DNA of 64,000 nucleotides from Deinococcales bacterium. GTDB taxonomy: Bacteria > Deinococcota > Deinococci > Deinococcales > JAAFIG01. Position 1 is the stretch's first letter. Each line of letters opens with the position of its first letter. Positions 1 to 10,853 of this stretch are shown one piece after another. Where the stretch lies: the NCBI GenBank assembly GCA_031414595.1, contig JANNVX010000041.1, forward strand, positions 64,001-128,000, read 5' to 3'. The position numbers were made by a program, and so were the translations under genes. The notes under the pieces were generated by a model. It did no database searches and was not told where the DNA came from. It saw only the letters and a program-made list of their open reading frames with translations.

Positions 1-828
1 AAATACGGCTACAAAACCCCACCGACAACGTGGGCGCAACTGACCTCGATGTCTACCAAAATCCAAGCTGGCGAGCGTAAAAGTAATCCAAATTTCTGGG
101 GCTATGTCTGGCAGGGCAATTCCTATGAAGGGCTGACCTGCGATGCGCTCGAGTGGGTCTATTCGTATGGTGGCGGTACAATTGTCGATAAAGCTGGAAA
201 TGTCACAATCAATAATCCTCGGGCGGCGGCGGCTTTGGATATGGCAGCCAAATGGGTTGGCACGATTTCGCCCAAGGGTGTGACCACCTATTCTGAAGAA
301 GAATCTCGAGGTGTCTGGCAAGCGGGCAATGCGGCTTTTATGCGGAATTGGCCCTATGCCTACACCCTTGGCAACGGCGACTCGAGTCCAATTAAAAATA
401 AGTTTGATGTCACGGTTCTACCAAAAGGACCTGGTACAGCCGGACGCAACGCCGCAACTTTTGGTGGACATAGCTTAGCGGTTAATCGTTTTTCTAAGAA
501 CGCCAAAGCTGCCGCCGATTTGGTGGTCTACATGACCAGTGCCGAAGTCCAAAAAGAACGGGCAATCGTGGCTGGCTATAACCCATCACGCCCCGCAATT
601 TATAAAGATGCCGATGTCTTAAAAGCCAATCCATTCTTGGGTCGTTTGTTCAATGTCTTTACCAGTGCTGTGGTGCGCCCAACCACGGTCACAGCCACCA
701 AATACCCTCGAGTTTCTGAAGCCTTCTGGAATGCTTCCAATTCGGTTTTGACCGGTAAAACCAAAGCTGCACCAGCCCTAAAAGCCCTTGAGGATGAACT
801 CAAACGCATTAAAGGCGCAAAGTGGTAA
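1..828 (+). CDS. Sugar (trehalose/maltose-type) ABC transporter substrate-binding protein, 5' end outside window
   Basis: Frame is open from base 1 ([11 protein letters not shown]...). Motifs [11 protein letters not shown] and [11 protein letters not shown] are typical of TMBP-like binding proteins. Followed by two permeases. Confidence 0.9.
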   Translation, partial: KYGYKTPPTTWAQLTSMSTKIQAGERKSNPNFWGYVWQGNSYEGLTCDALEWVYSYGGGTIVDKAGNVTINNPRAAAALDMAAKWVGTISPKGVTTYSEEESRGVWQAGNAAFMRNWPYAYTLGNGDSSPIKNKFDVTVLPKGPGTAGRNAATFGGHSLAVNRFSKNAKAAADLVVYMTSAEVQKERAIVAGYNPSRPAIYKDADVLKANPFLGRLFNVFTSAVVRPTTVTATKYPRVSEAFWNASNSVLTGKTKAAPALKALEDELKRIKGAKW

Positions 829-846
829 AGCGCTGACCTCCTCCTT

Positions 847-875
847 CCTGCTCGAGCAACCTCGAGCAGGTTTTT
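847..875 (+). terminator. Intergenic hairpin / intrinsic terminator-like element after the binding-protein gene
   Basis: CCTGCTCGAG-caac-CTCGAGCAGG, a 10-bp perfect stem followed by TTTTT. Confidence 0.6.
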
Positions 876-905
876 CTATTGTGTCATTCAAGTCAAGGAA
901 TCATT

Positions 906-1814
906 GTGCTGAATCAAAAGAATCCAAAAAAACGCTATTCACTCGAGGCGTGGCGCACCCGTACTGCTTGGCTTTTTTTAGCGCCTAGTTTAGTTATTTT
1001 GTTACTGGTGGCGGCGTACCCGTTGTTTCGGACTTTTCAACTGAGTTTTTTTGATGTCAGTATCTTAAAATTTCCGTTGCAAGCCACTTGGGTTGGTTTT
1101 GATAACTACGTAGCACTCTTTAGCGACCCACGCTGGTGGCGTTCGGTCTGGAACACCGTGGTTTTTACCTTTTATTCGGTTGGCTTAGAAACTGTGCTGG
1201 GTTTAATTATTGCCTTGATTGTCCACAGCGAATTTCGTGGGCGCGGTTTGGTTCGCACCGCCATGCTTGTGCCGTGGGCGATTCCGGGCGTGGTCTCGAG
1301 CCAGATGTGGCGTTGGATGCTCAACGATGTCTACGGTGTGATTAACGACCTTTTTATGCGCTTGCGGATTATTAAAACACCGATGGCGTGGTTAGCTGAG
1401 CCAGCTTTGGTGCTGCCAGCCTTAATCATGATTGATGTCTGGAAAACCACACCGTTTATGGCACTGATTTTATTGGCGGGTTTACAGGGTATCCCCAAAG
1501 AACTCTACGAGGCGGCTCGAGTCGACGGAGCAAGTCCTGTACAACAATTTTGGCGAATTACCATGCCGCTTTTGCGCCCAAGTTTACTGGTGGCTTTAAT
1601 TTTTAGAACCCTCGATGCGTTGCGCGTTTTTGATATGATTTATATCGTGGCTGGCACACAAGTCGAAACCATCAGTATGTCTATTTATGCCCGTCAGCAA
1701 CTGATTAGCTTTGGTTCGCTTGGTTACGGGTCGGCAGTTGCAGCAGGGATTTTCTTAATTCTGGCGATGTACATCAGTGTTTATTTGGTGACGCTCAAAG
1801 TCGAGGTTAAATAA
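906..1814 (+). CDS. Carbohydrate ABC transporter permease (MalF-like)
   Basis: TM helices and EAA motif ([12 protein letters not shown]). GTG at 906 follows AAGGAA; the ORF track starts at 879. Confidence 0.9.
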   Translation: MLNQKNPKKRYSLEAWRTRTAWLFLAPSLVILLLVAAYPLFRTFQLSFFDVSILKFPLQATWVGFDNYVALFSDPRWWRSVWNTVVFTFYSVGLETVLGLIIALIVHSEFRGRGLVRTAMLVPWAIPGVVSSQMWRWMLNDVYGVINDLFMRLRIIKTPMAWLAEPALVLPALIMIDVWKTTPFMALILLAGLQGIPKELYEAARVDGASPVQQFWRITMPLLRPSLLVALIFRTLDALRVFDMIYIVAGTQVETISMSIYARQQLISFGSLGYGSAVAAGIFLILAMYISVYLVTLKVEVK

Positions 1815-2668
1815 TGCGCCGTCAAAAGCTGACCATTCAAGGTTTTTTAGCCAAATCGCTGTTTATTTTTGGTGTTGGTGTGCTGCTGTTCTACTTATTG
1901 TTTCCGTTTTATTGGGCAATTGTCAGTTCCTTAAAATCCTCAAATCAATTGTTTGCCACACCGATTACTTACTTTCCGCCCACACCACAATGGGCAAATT
2001 ACCAAACGATTTTTACCACTCAACCATTCGGGCGCTTTTTATTAAATTCGTTTTTGGTGGCGGGCGGTACAACTTTATTATCGCTGTTTATCGGCTTATT
2101 TGCTGCTTATGCGATAGGGCGCTTTTCTTTTCGCGGGCGACAACCGATTTACTACACGATGTTAGCCGTCACGATGTTCCCTTCAATTAGTGTGCTGGGT
2201 GGCTTATTTGTTTTGGTGCGTGGCTTGGGGCTATATGATTCGATTCCGGGGTTAATTCTGACCTATTTACTTTTTACCCTGCCATTTACGATTTGGATTC
2301 TGACCAGTTTTGTCCGAGAAATCCCGATTGAACTCGAGGAAGCCGCTTATATCGATGGCGCAACCCCAGTCCAAGCGCTATTTAAGGTGATGCTGCCCGT
2401 GATTGCTCCGGGGATGGTCACGGCGGGACTACTGGCGTTTATTCAGGCTTGGAATGAGTTTTTATTTGCCCTGACTTTTACAGTCAATGAACGCTCGAGA
2501 ACCGTGCCTGTGGCGATTGCGCTTTTTAGCGGCACAAGCAGCTTTGAATTGCCGTGGAATCAGATTATGGCAGCTTCGGTGGTGGTGACTGTGCCATTGT
2601 TGGTGCTAGTATTGATTTTCCAACAACGAATCGTGGCGGGTTTAACGGCTGGGGCGGTTAAAGGATAA
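1814..2668 (+). CDS. Carbohydrate ABC transporter permease (MalG-like)
   Basis: EAA motif [12 protein letters not shown] and C-terminal GLTAGAVKG. Confidence 0.9.
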   Translation: MRRQKLTIQGFLAKSLFIFGVGVLLFYLLFPFYWAIVSSLKSSNQLFATPITYFPPTPQWANYQTIFTTQPFGRFLLNSFLVAGGTTLLSLFIGLFAAYAIGRFSFRGRQPIYYTMLAVTMFPSISVLGGLFVLVRGLGLYDSIPGLILTYLLFTLPFTIWILTSFVREIPIELEEAAYIDGATPVQALFKVMLPVIAPGMVTAGLLAFIQAWNEFLFALTFTVNERSRTVPVAIALFSGTSSFELPWNQIMAASVVVTVPLLVLVLIFQQRIVAGLTAGAVKG

Positions 2669-2670
2669 TC

Positions 2671-3426
2671 ATGCAGAACTTAGTTGTACTGGTCACAGGA
2701 GCGGCTGGTGGTATTGGCTCGAGTATCAGCGAACAGTTTGTGCTGGCTGGTGCTTCCGTGGGCTTACTCGACCGTGCTGGAGAGGCATTAAACCAACTCG
2801 AGGCACGGCTACAAGGTTTGGGTGGACAGGTGCTGGCGCTACCCACCGATATTACCAGTGCTGCTCAGGTCTCGAGGGCGGTTGATTTGGCAGTGGCACA
2901 CTTTGGGGGTTTAACAACCTTGGTCAATGCGGTTGGTTTGTTGCGCCAAGGACTGGTGGATGAAATGCTCGAGACTGATTGGGACGACCTCATGGCAGTC
3001 AATGTTAAAGGTGTGTTTTTAGCCTGTAAATATGGTGTGCCAGCCTTAAAAGTGGCGGGTGGGTCAATCACCAATCTTTCTTCGGTTTCGGCATTTGTGG
3101 GTTCAACAGGTAGTTTTGCCTACAGCGCCAGCAAAGGCGCGGTTTTAAGCCTAACGTATGGGCTTGCCCAAGAACTCGCGCCATTTGGGATTCGGGTCAA
3201 CGCCATTTGCCCCGGTTGGGTCGATGCTGGGTTTACGCACCAAGCAATGCAAGCGGCTACCGACCCAAGTAGGCTGCTCGATCAAGCCAAAAATGCCCAT
3301 GTGTTGGGGCGAATGGCAGCCCCAAGCGAAATTGCCGAGGCAGTGATTTTTTTGTCTTCAAAAGCCGCTTCGTTTATTACGGGAACGGCTTTGAATGTAG
3401 ACGGCGGCTTTATGATTAAACGCTAA
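2671..3426 (+). CDS. SDR family NAD(P)-dependent oxidoreductase
   Basis: TGAAGGIG Rossmann motif, catalytic YSASK, VNAICPG. Confidence 0.9.
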   Translation: MQNLVVLVTGAAGGIGSSISEQFVLAGASVGLLDRAGEALNQLEARLQGLGGQVLALPTDITSAAQVSRAVDLAVAHFGGLTTLVNAVGLLRQGLVDEMLETDWDDLMAVNVKGVFLACKYGVPALKVAGGSITNLSSVSAFVGSTGSFAYSASKGAVLSLTYGLAQELAPFGIRVNAICPGWVDAGFTHQAMQAATDPSRLLDQAKNAHVLGRMAAPSEIAEAVIFLSSKAASFITGTALNVDGGFMIKR

Positions 3427-4220
3427 CGCGCAATGCGTACATCAATGCCGATGGCTCGTAAACTCGAGACAGCTTCACTTGGCGCAGCCGCATCGGTGAT
3501 AATCGTTTGAATTTGGGTCAGTGGCAACAACAACGACAACGAACGCTGCCCAAATTTACTCGAGTCGAGCATCAAAATAACGTGGTCTACACTGGCTGCC
3601 ATGGCACGTTTAACTTGAATCTCGAGCAGGTTGGGGTCGGTCACACCACCTTCTAAAGTCATGCCACTGGCGCTCAAAAAAAGGGTTTTACCACGTATCT
3701 CACGAAAAAAATGTTCGGCTTGTGGTCCGACAAAGGTATGCGAAACTTCGCGCAGAATCCCGCCGCAACACATCACACTTAAATCTGGCAATAAAGATGC
3801 GGCTTCATTGACCGTCTCGAGTCCGTTGGTCATGATTGTTAAGTGCTTATGGCGCAAGTGCTTGACCATTGCCGACACGGTTGTGCCAGCCTCGAGAATA
3901 ATAAAATCGCCATCTTTGATAAAGTTCTGGGCGGCATATTTGGCAATTTGTTCTTTTTGTTTTTTATGGACTTGGCGTTTGGCAAAATAAACTGGCTCGT
4001 TGCTGTTTTCGCTTTCGGCTTGGACTGCGCCACCACGCACAAAACGCAATTTTCCTAGCGTCTCGAGGGTTTTTAAGTCACGGTAAATGGTCATATGTGA
4101 AACCGCAAATTGCTGGCTCAGTTGTTCGGCACTGACCGTGCCTTGGGTCACAACCAAGTCGGCAATCATCGCACGGCGTTGTTCGGTTAGAATTTTGTTG
4201 GCGACCTTGCTACTTTGCAT
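3423..4220 (-). CDS. DeoR/GlpR family transcriptional regulator
   Basis: N-terminal HTH (VSHMTIYRDL) and DeoR sensor domain (EAGTT, DSSKFG). Confidence 0.92.
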   Translation of the reverse strand: MQSSKVANKILTEQRRAMIADLVVTQGTVSAEQLSQQFAVSHMTIYRDLKTLETLGKLRFVRGGAVQAESENSNEPVYFAKRQVHKKQKEQIAKYAAQNFIKDGDFIILEAGTTVSAMVKHLRHKHLTIMTNGLETVNEAASLLPDLSVMCCGGILREVSHTFVGPQAEHFFREIRGKTLFLSASGMTLEGGVTDPNLLEIQVKRAMAASVDHVILMLDSSKFGQRSLSLLLPLTQIQTIITDAAAPSEAVSSLRAIGIDVRIAR

Positions 4221-4362
4221 AGAATTTTCCTTGGTCAGAATAACGTGTTTACGGGTGTTGGGTCAATTTTTTCCAAAACAACTTGTTAAGCTGTTAAATC
4301 TTGTTATATAATGTGACAATTCGTTGCCATGATACACCATTTTTTATAAAGGACGACATCGT

Positions 4363-4941
4363 ATGGATTATCTTAAACACTTTGACCTGAACAGCGCCCA
4401 AATAGAATCCATGACGCGAACCGAACGCCATCTTAGTCAACTTGAAGGTTGTTTTACAGATACTGGTGCTTACCACGCCGCCTTGCTACAAGACGACCCA
4501 ATTGTTTACAGCGTCTCAAGTTATGAACCTGCTAATGGCAATGGCGATTTACACATTGGGCTTGGGCGAATCATGCCCGGTAAAATCGGCAACGAATACT
4601 ATTTAACCCGTGGTCATTTGCATTCTTGGCGCGAAGCCGCCGAAATTTATATCGGTCTAAGCGGCACTGGGCAAATGCTGCTCGAGGGTCAAGATGGTAC
4701 TGCTTCTAGTCTGACACTGACCCAAAACAGCTTTGTCTATGTACCTGGTCATACAGCGCACCGCACGGTCAACACTGGCTCGAGTCCGCTTTTGTATTTG
4801 GGAATTTATCCTGCCAAGGCTGGACATGATTACGCGGCAATTGCCAAAGATAATTTTCGCCAAGTTGTGCTTGAAGTGGCTGGACAAGCCCAAACCATGC
4901 TGCGCCAGACATGGCTCGAGTCTAAAGGAGCAGCCCGATGA
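4363..4941 (+). CDS. Cupin-type (archaeal-type) glucose-6-phosphate isomerase family protein
   Basis: PGKIGNEYYLTRGHLH...AEIY...VPGHTAHRTVNTG...AGHDY matches the cupin PGI metal-binding motifs. Confidence 0.85.
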   Translation: MDYLKHFDLNSAQIESMTRTERHLSQLEGCFTDTGAYHAALLQDDPIVYSVSSYEPANGNGDLHIGLGRIMPGKIGNEYYLTRGHLHSWREAAEIYIGLSGTGQMLLEGQDGTASSLTLTQNSFVYVPGHTAHRTVNTGSSPLLYLGIYPAKAGHDYAAIAKDNFRQVVLEVAGQAQTMLRQTWLESKGAAR

Positions 4942-5324
4942 GTTATGTCACCAAGCCGATTCCAGAAAATAAGCCAGAAGTGGATTTTGTCACCCGTCCA
5001 TGGGGTTCGTTTAAGCAGTACGCCAATAATACCGAAACGACCGTCAGCCTGATGACGGTGCTACCCAATCAGCGCCTAAGTTTACAATCACACACGGCTC
5101 GAAGCGAACTTTGGATTGTTTTAGATGATGGCGCAGAAGTGCAAATTAACGAGACTGTGCTGCATCCAAAAGCGGGTGATGAACTTTGGATTCCAGCGCT
5201 GGCGCGGCATCGGCTCTCGAGCCTTGGCGCGACCGTGCGGGTTCTCGAGGTGGCGTTTGGCAATTGGCAGCAAGCCGATATTGCCCGTTTTGCTGATGAT
5301 TACGCCCGAGGAGACAAGCCGTGA
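4938..5324 (+). CDS. Phosphomannose isomerase type II C-terminal cupin domain protein
   Basis: RPWGSF and RLSLQSHTARSELW motifs, as a stand-alone domain. Confidence 0.85.
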   Translation: MSYVTKPIPENKPEVDFVTRPWGSFKQYANNTETTVSLMTVLPNQRLSLQSHTARSELWIVLDDGAEVQINETVLHPKAGDELWIPALARHRLSSLGATVRVLEVAFGNWQQADIARFADDYARGDKP

Positions 5325-7099
5325 ATTGGCGCAAAACCACGCAAGCACTCGCGCCAGTGCAGCACCAAGCCACACCGCAGGGGCAGTACGATATGTACCC
5401 AGCTTTTGCAGTTGGGGCTGGAAAAATCGAGCTTGGCTTTGAAGCGCTTGCCGACCAGATTTTAGAGCAATCGATTGTGACCATCGATGGCTACGGTGGG
5501 GTTTTCTGGCAGGATTTTCGGGGGCAATTAAACACTGTACTCGAGGCTCGAGGCATCAAAGCAAATTGGATTAACGTCGAGACTGCTTTGTTCGACAGCG
5601 AGCGACTAGAAATTTTGGTACAGCCATTTTTAGGTGGTAGCGACCCGATTTTTGGTAAGCGTTTTACTGGGCAACTCGAGGATTTTTTTGACATGACCAA
5701 GCTGTCTGCCTTGCGCCCAGACCCAAGCGCTGGGTTTAATCTGATTTATGGCTGTGGCGCGGCACTCGCGGCTTGGACTGGGCTGTTGGTGTATTTAGAT
5801 GTCCCAAAAAATGAGCTTCAATTTCGCGCTCGAGCAGGACGGGTTTTTAATCTTGGCTCGAGTCTGACCGAGGATGCCAAAAGCATCTATAAGCGAATGT
5901 ATTTTGTTGATTGGATTGTGCTTAATCAGCACAAAGAAAAATTACTTTCCAACCTTGATTTAATCGTTGATGTCCAACGCCCAGACCAACCTGTGTTGAT
6001 GCAAGGCTCAGATTTTCGGGCGGCGCTCGAGACCATGACCCACAATTTTTTTCGTGTCCGCCCATGGTTTGAACCAGGTCCTTGGGGTGGGCAATGGATT
6101 AAGCAACAAGTACCAGACCTACCACAAGATGCTCCTAATTATGCTTGGAGCTTTGAACTGATTACCCCAGAAAATGGCTTGATGCTCGAGTCGAATGGCT
6201 TATTGCTCGAGGTCTCTTTTGATTTTTTGATGTTTTTTAATTACCAAGCAGTGCTAGGGCAGGCAGCAGCCCGTTTTGGTTTTGAATTCCCAATTCGCTT
6301 TGACTGGTTAGATACGGTTCAGGGCGGCAATTTATCGCTGCAAGTTCATCCTAGCCCAAGCTATGCCAAGCAGCATTTTGGCGAAACCTTCACCCAAGAC
6401 GAAACCTACTATATGCTCGAGGCAAACAATAACGCGACTGTCTACTTGGGTTTCCAAGCCGACCTTGACCCACTCGAGTTTAGAGCCGCTCTCGAGCAGA
6501 GCCAAATGCAAAATACACCGCTTGAAGTCGAAAAATTTGTACAACGCCACAGCGCCAAAAAGCACGATTTATTTTTAATTCCACACGGCACAATTCATTG
6601 TTCTGGGGAGGGCAGCGTGGTACTTGAAATCAGTGCCACACCTTATATTTTTACTTTTAAGATGTATGACTGGTTGCGCCTAGACTTAGACGGAAAACCA
6701 AGACCGTTAAATATCGCTCGAGCTTTTGAAAACCTTGACTTTACACGGCGCGGACAAGCTGTGCCGCAAACGCTAATTTCCAAACCAGTGGTGGCTAAAG
6801 AGGGTCTGGATTGGCGAATTATCCATCTTCCGACCCACCCAGACCATTTCTACGACATTGAACGGCTCGAGTTTACCAGCAGCCTCGAGGTATTGACCGA
6901 AAACTCTTGTCATGTGCTGTGTTTGGTCGAAGGCTCGTCGGTGCGGCTCGAGACCGCAAATGGACTGCACCAAGATTTTAATTATGCCGAAACATTTGTG
7001 ATTCCAGCCGCCGCCACGTCTTATCGATTAACCAATCTAGGCGCTGGCGAAGCCAAAGTGATTCGGGCTTTTGTGCGTCCGCTCGAGTCAGCGATATGA
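5321..7099 (+). CDS. Class I mannose-6-phosphate isomerase-like protein with N-terminal extension
   Basis: PWGG, LSLQVHP, QDETYY and IPHGTIH motifs; about 240 aa extra N-terminal domain. Confidence 0.8.
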   Translation: MNWRKTTQALAPVQHQATPQGQYDMYPAFAVGAGKIELGFEALADQILEQSIVTIDGYGGVFWQDFRGQLNTVLEARGIKANWINVETALFDSERLEILVQPFLGGSDPIFGKRFTGQLEDFFDMTKLSALRPDPSAGFNLIYGCGAALAAWTGLLVYLDVPKNELQFRARAGRVFNLGSSLTEDAKSIYKRMYFVDWIVLNQHKEKLLSNLDLIVDVQRPDQPVLMQGSDFRAALETMTHNFFRVRPWFEPGPWGGQWIKQQVPDLPQDAPNYAWSFELITPENGLMLESNGLLLEVSFDFLMFFNYQAVLGQAAARFGFEFPIRFDWLDTVQGGNLSLQVHPSPSYAKQHFGETFTQDETYYMLEANNNATVYLGFQADLDPLEFRAALEQSQMQNTPLEVEKFVQRHSAKKHDLFLIPHGTIHCSGEGSVVLEISATPYIFTFKMYDWLRLDLDGKPRPLNIARAFENLDFTRRGQAVPQTLISKPVVAKEGLDWRIIHLPTHPDHFYDIERLEFTSSLEVLTENSCHVLCLVEGSSVRLETANGLHQDFNYAETFVIPAAATSYRLTNLGAGEAKVIRAFVRPLESAI

Positions 7100-7121
7100 A
7101 CCAGACCTTGCATGGGGGCGC

Positions 7122-8042
7122 ATGAAGCAATTCGTGCTTGGTATTGATGGTGGCGGAACAAAAACCCTTGCCACGATTTGTGATTCAGACGGCTTGGTAC
7201 TTGGCGCTGGGCAAGCTGGGGCTGCTAACATTGACGATGTAGGAATTCAGACCGCTACGCTAAACATTGCCCAAGCTGTTGCCGAGGCTCGAGCCGCCGC
7301 CCAACTCGAGATTGTACCATTTGCATCGGCTTTTTTAGGCTTGGCAGGTATTGTTTCGCCCAAAGACCGCGAGTTGGTTTATGGCATTGCCAAGAGCCTT
7401 GATTTGGCACCGATTGTCGAAACTGACCACGATTGCCGCATTGCCTTGGCAGGCGGGTTGTCTGGGCGCGAAGGCATTGTCTTGATTGTTGGCACTGGCT
7501 CGAGTTGCTATGGTCGCAATGCGGCTGGGCAGACATGGCGGGCGGGTGGCTGGGGGTGGCTGATTTCCGACGAGGGCAGTGGCTACGATATTGGTAAGCA
7601 AAGCCTGATGGCGGTGGTGCGTGCCATCGACGGGCGCGGTGCAAAAACTGGGCTAACCGACCTGATGCTTGGCTTATTGGGTATTACGCACCCAGACCAA
7701 ATGCTGCACCGCTTGTATCTGACTGGTTTAACCCGAGCCGAAATTGCGGCGCTTGCTCCGCCTGTCCTCGAGCTTGCCAGACAAGGCGATATGGTCGCCC
7801 TCGAGTTACTACATCGTGGCTGGCAGCAACTGTCTGAATGTGTGGTGGCGGTCGCCAAAAAACTCGAACTCGAGCAAGCCGAAGTTGTACTGGTCGGTGG
7901 AATCTCGGACAGTTGGGCAAAACCTTTTATTCAAAGCGCGATTCTACAAGCCTTACCAAACTGCACAATCACCGAACCAGAGTTGTCGCCCGTTCTTGGC
8001 GCGTGTCTGTTGGCACGGCGCTTACTCATGAGGTCAGCATGA
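7122..8042 (+). CDS. BadF/BadG/BcrA/BcrD family sugar kinase (N-acetylglucosamine kinase-like)
   Basis: GIDGGGTKT, GTGS and GGWGWLISDEGSG motifs. Confidence 0.88.
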   Translation: MKQFVLGIDGGGTKTLATICDSDGLVLGAGQAGAANIDDVGIQTATLNIAQAVAEARAAAQLEIVPFASAFLGLAGIVSPKDRELVYGIAKSLDLAPIVETDHDCRIALAGGLSGREGIVLIVGTGSSCYGRNAAGQTWRAGGWGWLISDEGSGYDIGKQSLMAVVRAIDGRGAKTGLTDLMLGLLGITHPDQMLHRLYLTGLTRAEIAALAPPVLELARQGDMVALELLHRGWQQLSECVVAVAKKLELEQAEVVLVGGISDSWAKPFIQSAILQALPNCTITEPELSPVLGACLLARRLLMRSA

Positions 8043-10288
8043 TTATTCAACATCCAGAGTACCAACACGCCCTTGAGTTTAACGAAGAGACAGGTTTACC
8101 AAGCGCAATTTTTTTGCGCCAACAACCTTTGGCTCGAGTCCGACTCGAGAATTTAGAATTTTCTTTGTTATTGGATGGCACAGAAGTTCGTTCTGCAACT
8201 GGTGGCATTGATTACGAAGCGGCAATCACGCTGGCTGGTACGACCGCAAACGGTGCGCCTATCTGGTCTTCGAGTGCTGAGGGAGACGCTTGTTCCGTGC
8301 CAATTCGCCTTGGCGAGGTGGCTGCATATTTTGAGTGTCTCTTTCGGCGGCATGGTCCAGCCCTGACGATGCGCTTGGTTGTGGTTGGCGATGCGAATTC
8401 AACCCGATTGATTCGCAACATCAGCCTAGTAGCCGATTTTATCTTTGAACCAGACAACTGGATACTGAACGCGCCCGGAAATGGCATGGCTCGAGATACG
8501 GCTTTTGGGACGGTCGGGGCTTGGACTGGAATCTCAGCGATAGGTGGTTTGCGCGGCTCGAGTGCAGTGCTGCACATGGCTGGACAAGATTCTAGGGCGG
8601 CGTTGTGGTTGCGCCATGAACTCGAGGTGACCGATATTCGCGTCAAATCCGACATACCAAACACAATTTCACTCGAGCTTGCGACCAATTTTGCCGCCGA
8701 TTTAAGGCTGGTTTCTCATGCCAAAATTGACTTATTTGATTTTGATTGGCGTGTTCCAGATTTTGCGGATTTCCCACAGACTTTTGCGACTTGGTTACGC
8801 TTAGGTGGGCATACCACACCAGATAATCCGCCAGCTTGGATTGCAAGTGCCAGTATTTTTGAAGCCCAGATTGGTTTCTCGGTTTTTTATCTTAATCATC
8901 GTTACGCCCCCTACCCAGAAGTGAGCGATTTAACCGCCGACCTCGGGCGAATCGCTGCCCTTGGTTTTAGCGTCATTCAACTGATGCCGCGCCAGCCCTA
9001 CCCAAGTTATAACGTCCACGATTATTGGGATATTGCCACTTCTTTTGGCAATGTACAAGAAATCAAAGGGCTGGTTCTAAAAGCCCACCGACTTGGGCTG
9101 CGAATTATTTTGGATGTTCTGCTGCACGGGGTACTTGACCAAGAATCAATTGCGGCGGCTGCCGATGGCGTGCGGGCTGGACCATATGCCCAATTGGTCT
9201 CTAGCCAAACTGCCGACAGTTTTAGTGCCGATGTTGGCGAGTGGAGCGATTACTTGGTGGCATGGTCGCGGCACATTATTGACTTTGAACCATTTTGGAA
9301 ATCCGGTAGCCCCGCCGTTTCGCCTTTAATTGAACAGCACCCAGACTGGTTTTTTAAGGATTCTAACGGCAAAGTGGCGGGAATTTACACCAAAGCCTTT
9401 GATGCCCGAAACCCAGAATGGCAAGATTATTTTATAAGTGCAATGAAGTTTTTATTGTTTGAACTACAGATAGACGGCTTTCGTTTTGATGCGCCAACCT
9501 ACAACGATTTTCCCAATTGGGCGCAGTGGTCGCGCCACCGTGCCAGTTTATCGAGTTTGGCGTGTGTGCCGTTGTTTGAGCGTCTACGCCCCGAATTAAA
9601 AGCCATCCAGACCGATGCTTTAATGTACACCGAGCCATCGGGAATTTTACTGCGCCGTTCAATGGACTTAAATTATAATTATGATGAACAGTGGCTGGTC
9701 ACGGCAATCTCCGAGCCAAGTAAAACCAAGCCTTGGAGTGTCTCGAGCGCCCGAGGTTTAGCCCGTTGGGTACAAGACCGCGATGCGTTTTTGCCAAAAG
9801 GCGCAATCACGGCGCACCATATCGATTCACACGATACCTTTTGGTGGCCCAGTTGGGGGCAAAAATGGCGACGCGAACAATTTAGCGTGGCTCACACACA
9901 ATTACTGACCTTGATTTTTATGTCTTTGCCAGGTCCGTACATGATGTTTATTGGTGGCGAAATTGGTATCGAAACTGTCTTACAAAACTTTAATGCCCTA
10001 AAAGCCGCAACTCGAGACTGGGCAAGCATGAACATTCAATGGCTGACCGATGAATTAATTCCAGAAAATGTGTTCGGCATGATTCGCAGTAACGCCATGC
10101 TCGAGATGATAACCTTGGTCAATCTTTCTGATACGCCCGAAATGGTTGTACTGCCCTCAAACAAGACTGTACCAACCATCCGATTGACAGTCGGTACAGA
10201 CCTAACTCTGCTACACATCACCGCCGCAAGCCTCGAGTTACCCGCCAAATCTGGGGTTGTTCTAAAGCGCCATCTGCATCTCGTATAG
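8039..10288 (+). CDS. Alpha-amylase family (GH13) glycoside hydrolase with unrecognised N-terminal domain
   Basis: Conserved regions LDVLLHG, DGFRFDAP, YTEP and IDSHD. ATG at 8039 overlaps the kinase stop. Confidence 0.75.
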   Translation: MIIQHPEYQHALEFNEETGLPSAIFLRQQPLARVRLENLEFSLLLDGTEVRSATGGIDYEAAITLAGTTANGAPIWSSSAEGDACSVPIRLGEVAAYFECLFRRHGPALTMRLVVVGDANSTRLIRNISLVADFIFEPDNWILNAPGNGMARDTAFGTVGAWTGISAIGGLRGSSAVLHMAGQDSRAALWLRHELEVTDIRVKSDIPNTISLELATNFAADLRLVSHAKIDLFDFDWRVPDFADFPQTFATWLRLGGHTTPDNPPAWIASASIFEAQIGFSVFYLNHRYAPYPEVSDLTADLGRIAALGFSVIQLMPRQPYPSYNVHDYWDIATSFGNVQEIKGLVLKAHRLGLRIILDVLLHGVLDQESIAAAADGVRAGPYAQLVSSQTADSFSADVGEWSDYLVAWSRHIIDFEPFWKSGSPAVSPLIEQHPDWFFKDSNGKVAGIYTKAFDARNPEWQDYFISAMKFLLFELQIDGFRFDAPTYNDFPNWAQWSRHRASLSSLACVPLFERLRPELKAIQTDALMYTEPSGILLRRSMDLNYNYDEQWLVTAISEPSKTKPWSVSSARGLARWVQDRDAFLPKGAITAHHIDSHDTFWWPSWGQKWRREQFSVAHTQLLTLIFMSLPGPYMMFIGGEIGIETVLQNFNALKAATRDWASMNIQWLTDELIPENVFGMIRSNAMLEMITLVNLSDTPEMVVLPSNKTVPTIRLTVGTDLTLLHITAASLELPAKSGVVLKRHLHLV

Positions 10289-10492
10289 CTTGAGTTTGAG
10301 CAGAACCCTGACAGTAGTCCGATAAACGATTGCGTATACCAAATTGCAGAGGTCAAGTCACGTGTTAAACTCGACATGAAAATCAAGTGGATGTGCTACT
10401 CACCGACCTCGAGTTGTTGACCCAGAAGAAATGCAGACTGTGAGGCTTGTTGCCAAAAAAATTCAGTCTCGAGGGGCAATTCCAGCCCGAAA

Positions 10493-10777
10493 CTAAACAA
10501 CTGGCAATAAGGCTCGAGCCTCGACAATTGGCATCCAGTTTTCACCCATTTTGGCATCTATCGCCTCGAGTTCGGCTTGGGGAATAGATTTCCAACTGTT
10601 TAGGCTTTCCCAGCGAATCATGGTGACGACATGACCCGTTTCTTGGTCAATCCAAACTTCTTTGCCAATAAACCCGGGGTAGGTACTCAGGGCGGCTGTC
10701 CAGATGGCGGCATCGGCTTTTAGGAAGGCAGCTCGTTTTTCAAGGCTTACCTCAAAACGTAAGAATTCGATAACCAT
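10493..10777 (-). CDS. TIGR03792 / ABM-like dimeric barrel protein
   Basis: MVIEFLRFEV...WT..L...PGFIGKEVW...IRWES. TACAAT lies 6 nt upstream of the ATG. Confidence 0.7.
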   Translation of the reverse strand: MVIEFLRFEVSLEKRAAFLKADAAIWTAALSTYPGFIGKEVWIDQETGHVVTMIRWESLNSWKSIPQAELEAIDAKMGENWMPIVEARALLPVV

Positions 10778-10824
10778 AGTTATATTGTACAATGCACAAT
10801 ATAGGCGAAATAGTAACTCGGGTA

Positions 10825-10853
10825 ACATATGTCAAAAGAATTTTGACATATGT
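10825..10853. promoter_or_regulatory. Perfect 13-bp inverted repeat, candidate operator between divergent genes
   Basis: ACATATGTCAAAA-gaa-TTTTGACATATGT; each arm contains the palindrome ACATATGT. Confidence 0.6.

Noticed and set aside
4284-4312. TGTTA repeats as DeoR operators
   Set aside because: Short, irregularly spaced and in AT-rich DNA; not distinguishable from chance by eye.
10289-10490. Possible gene remnant (QVDVLLTDLE)
   Set aside because: Too short and interrupted to assign without a search.
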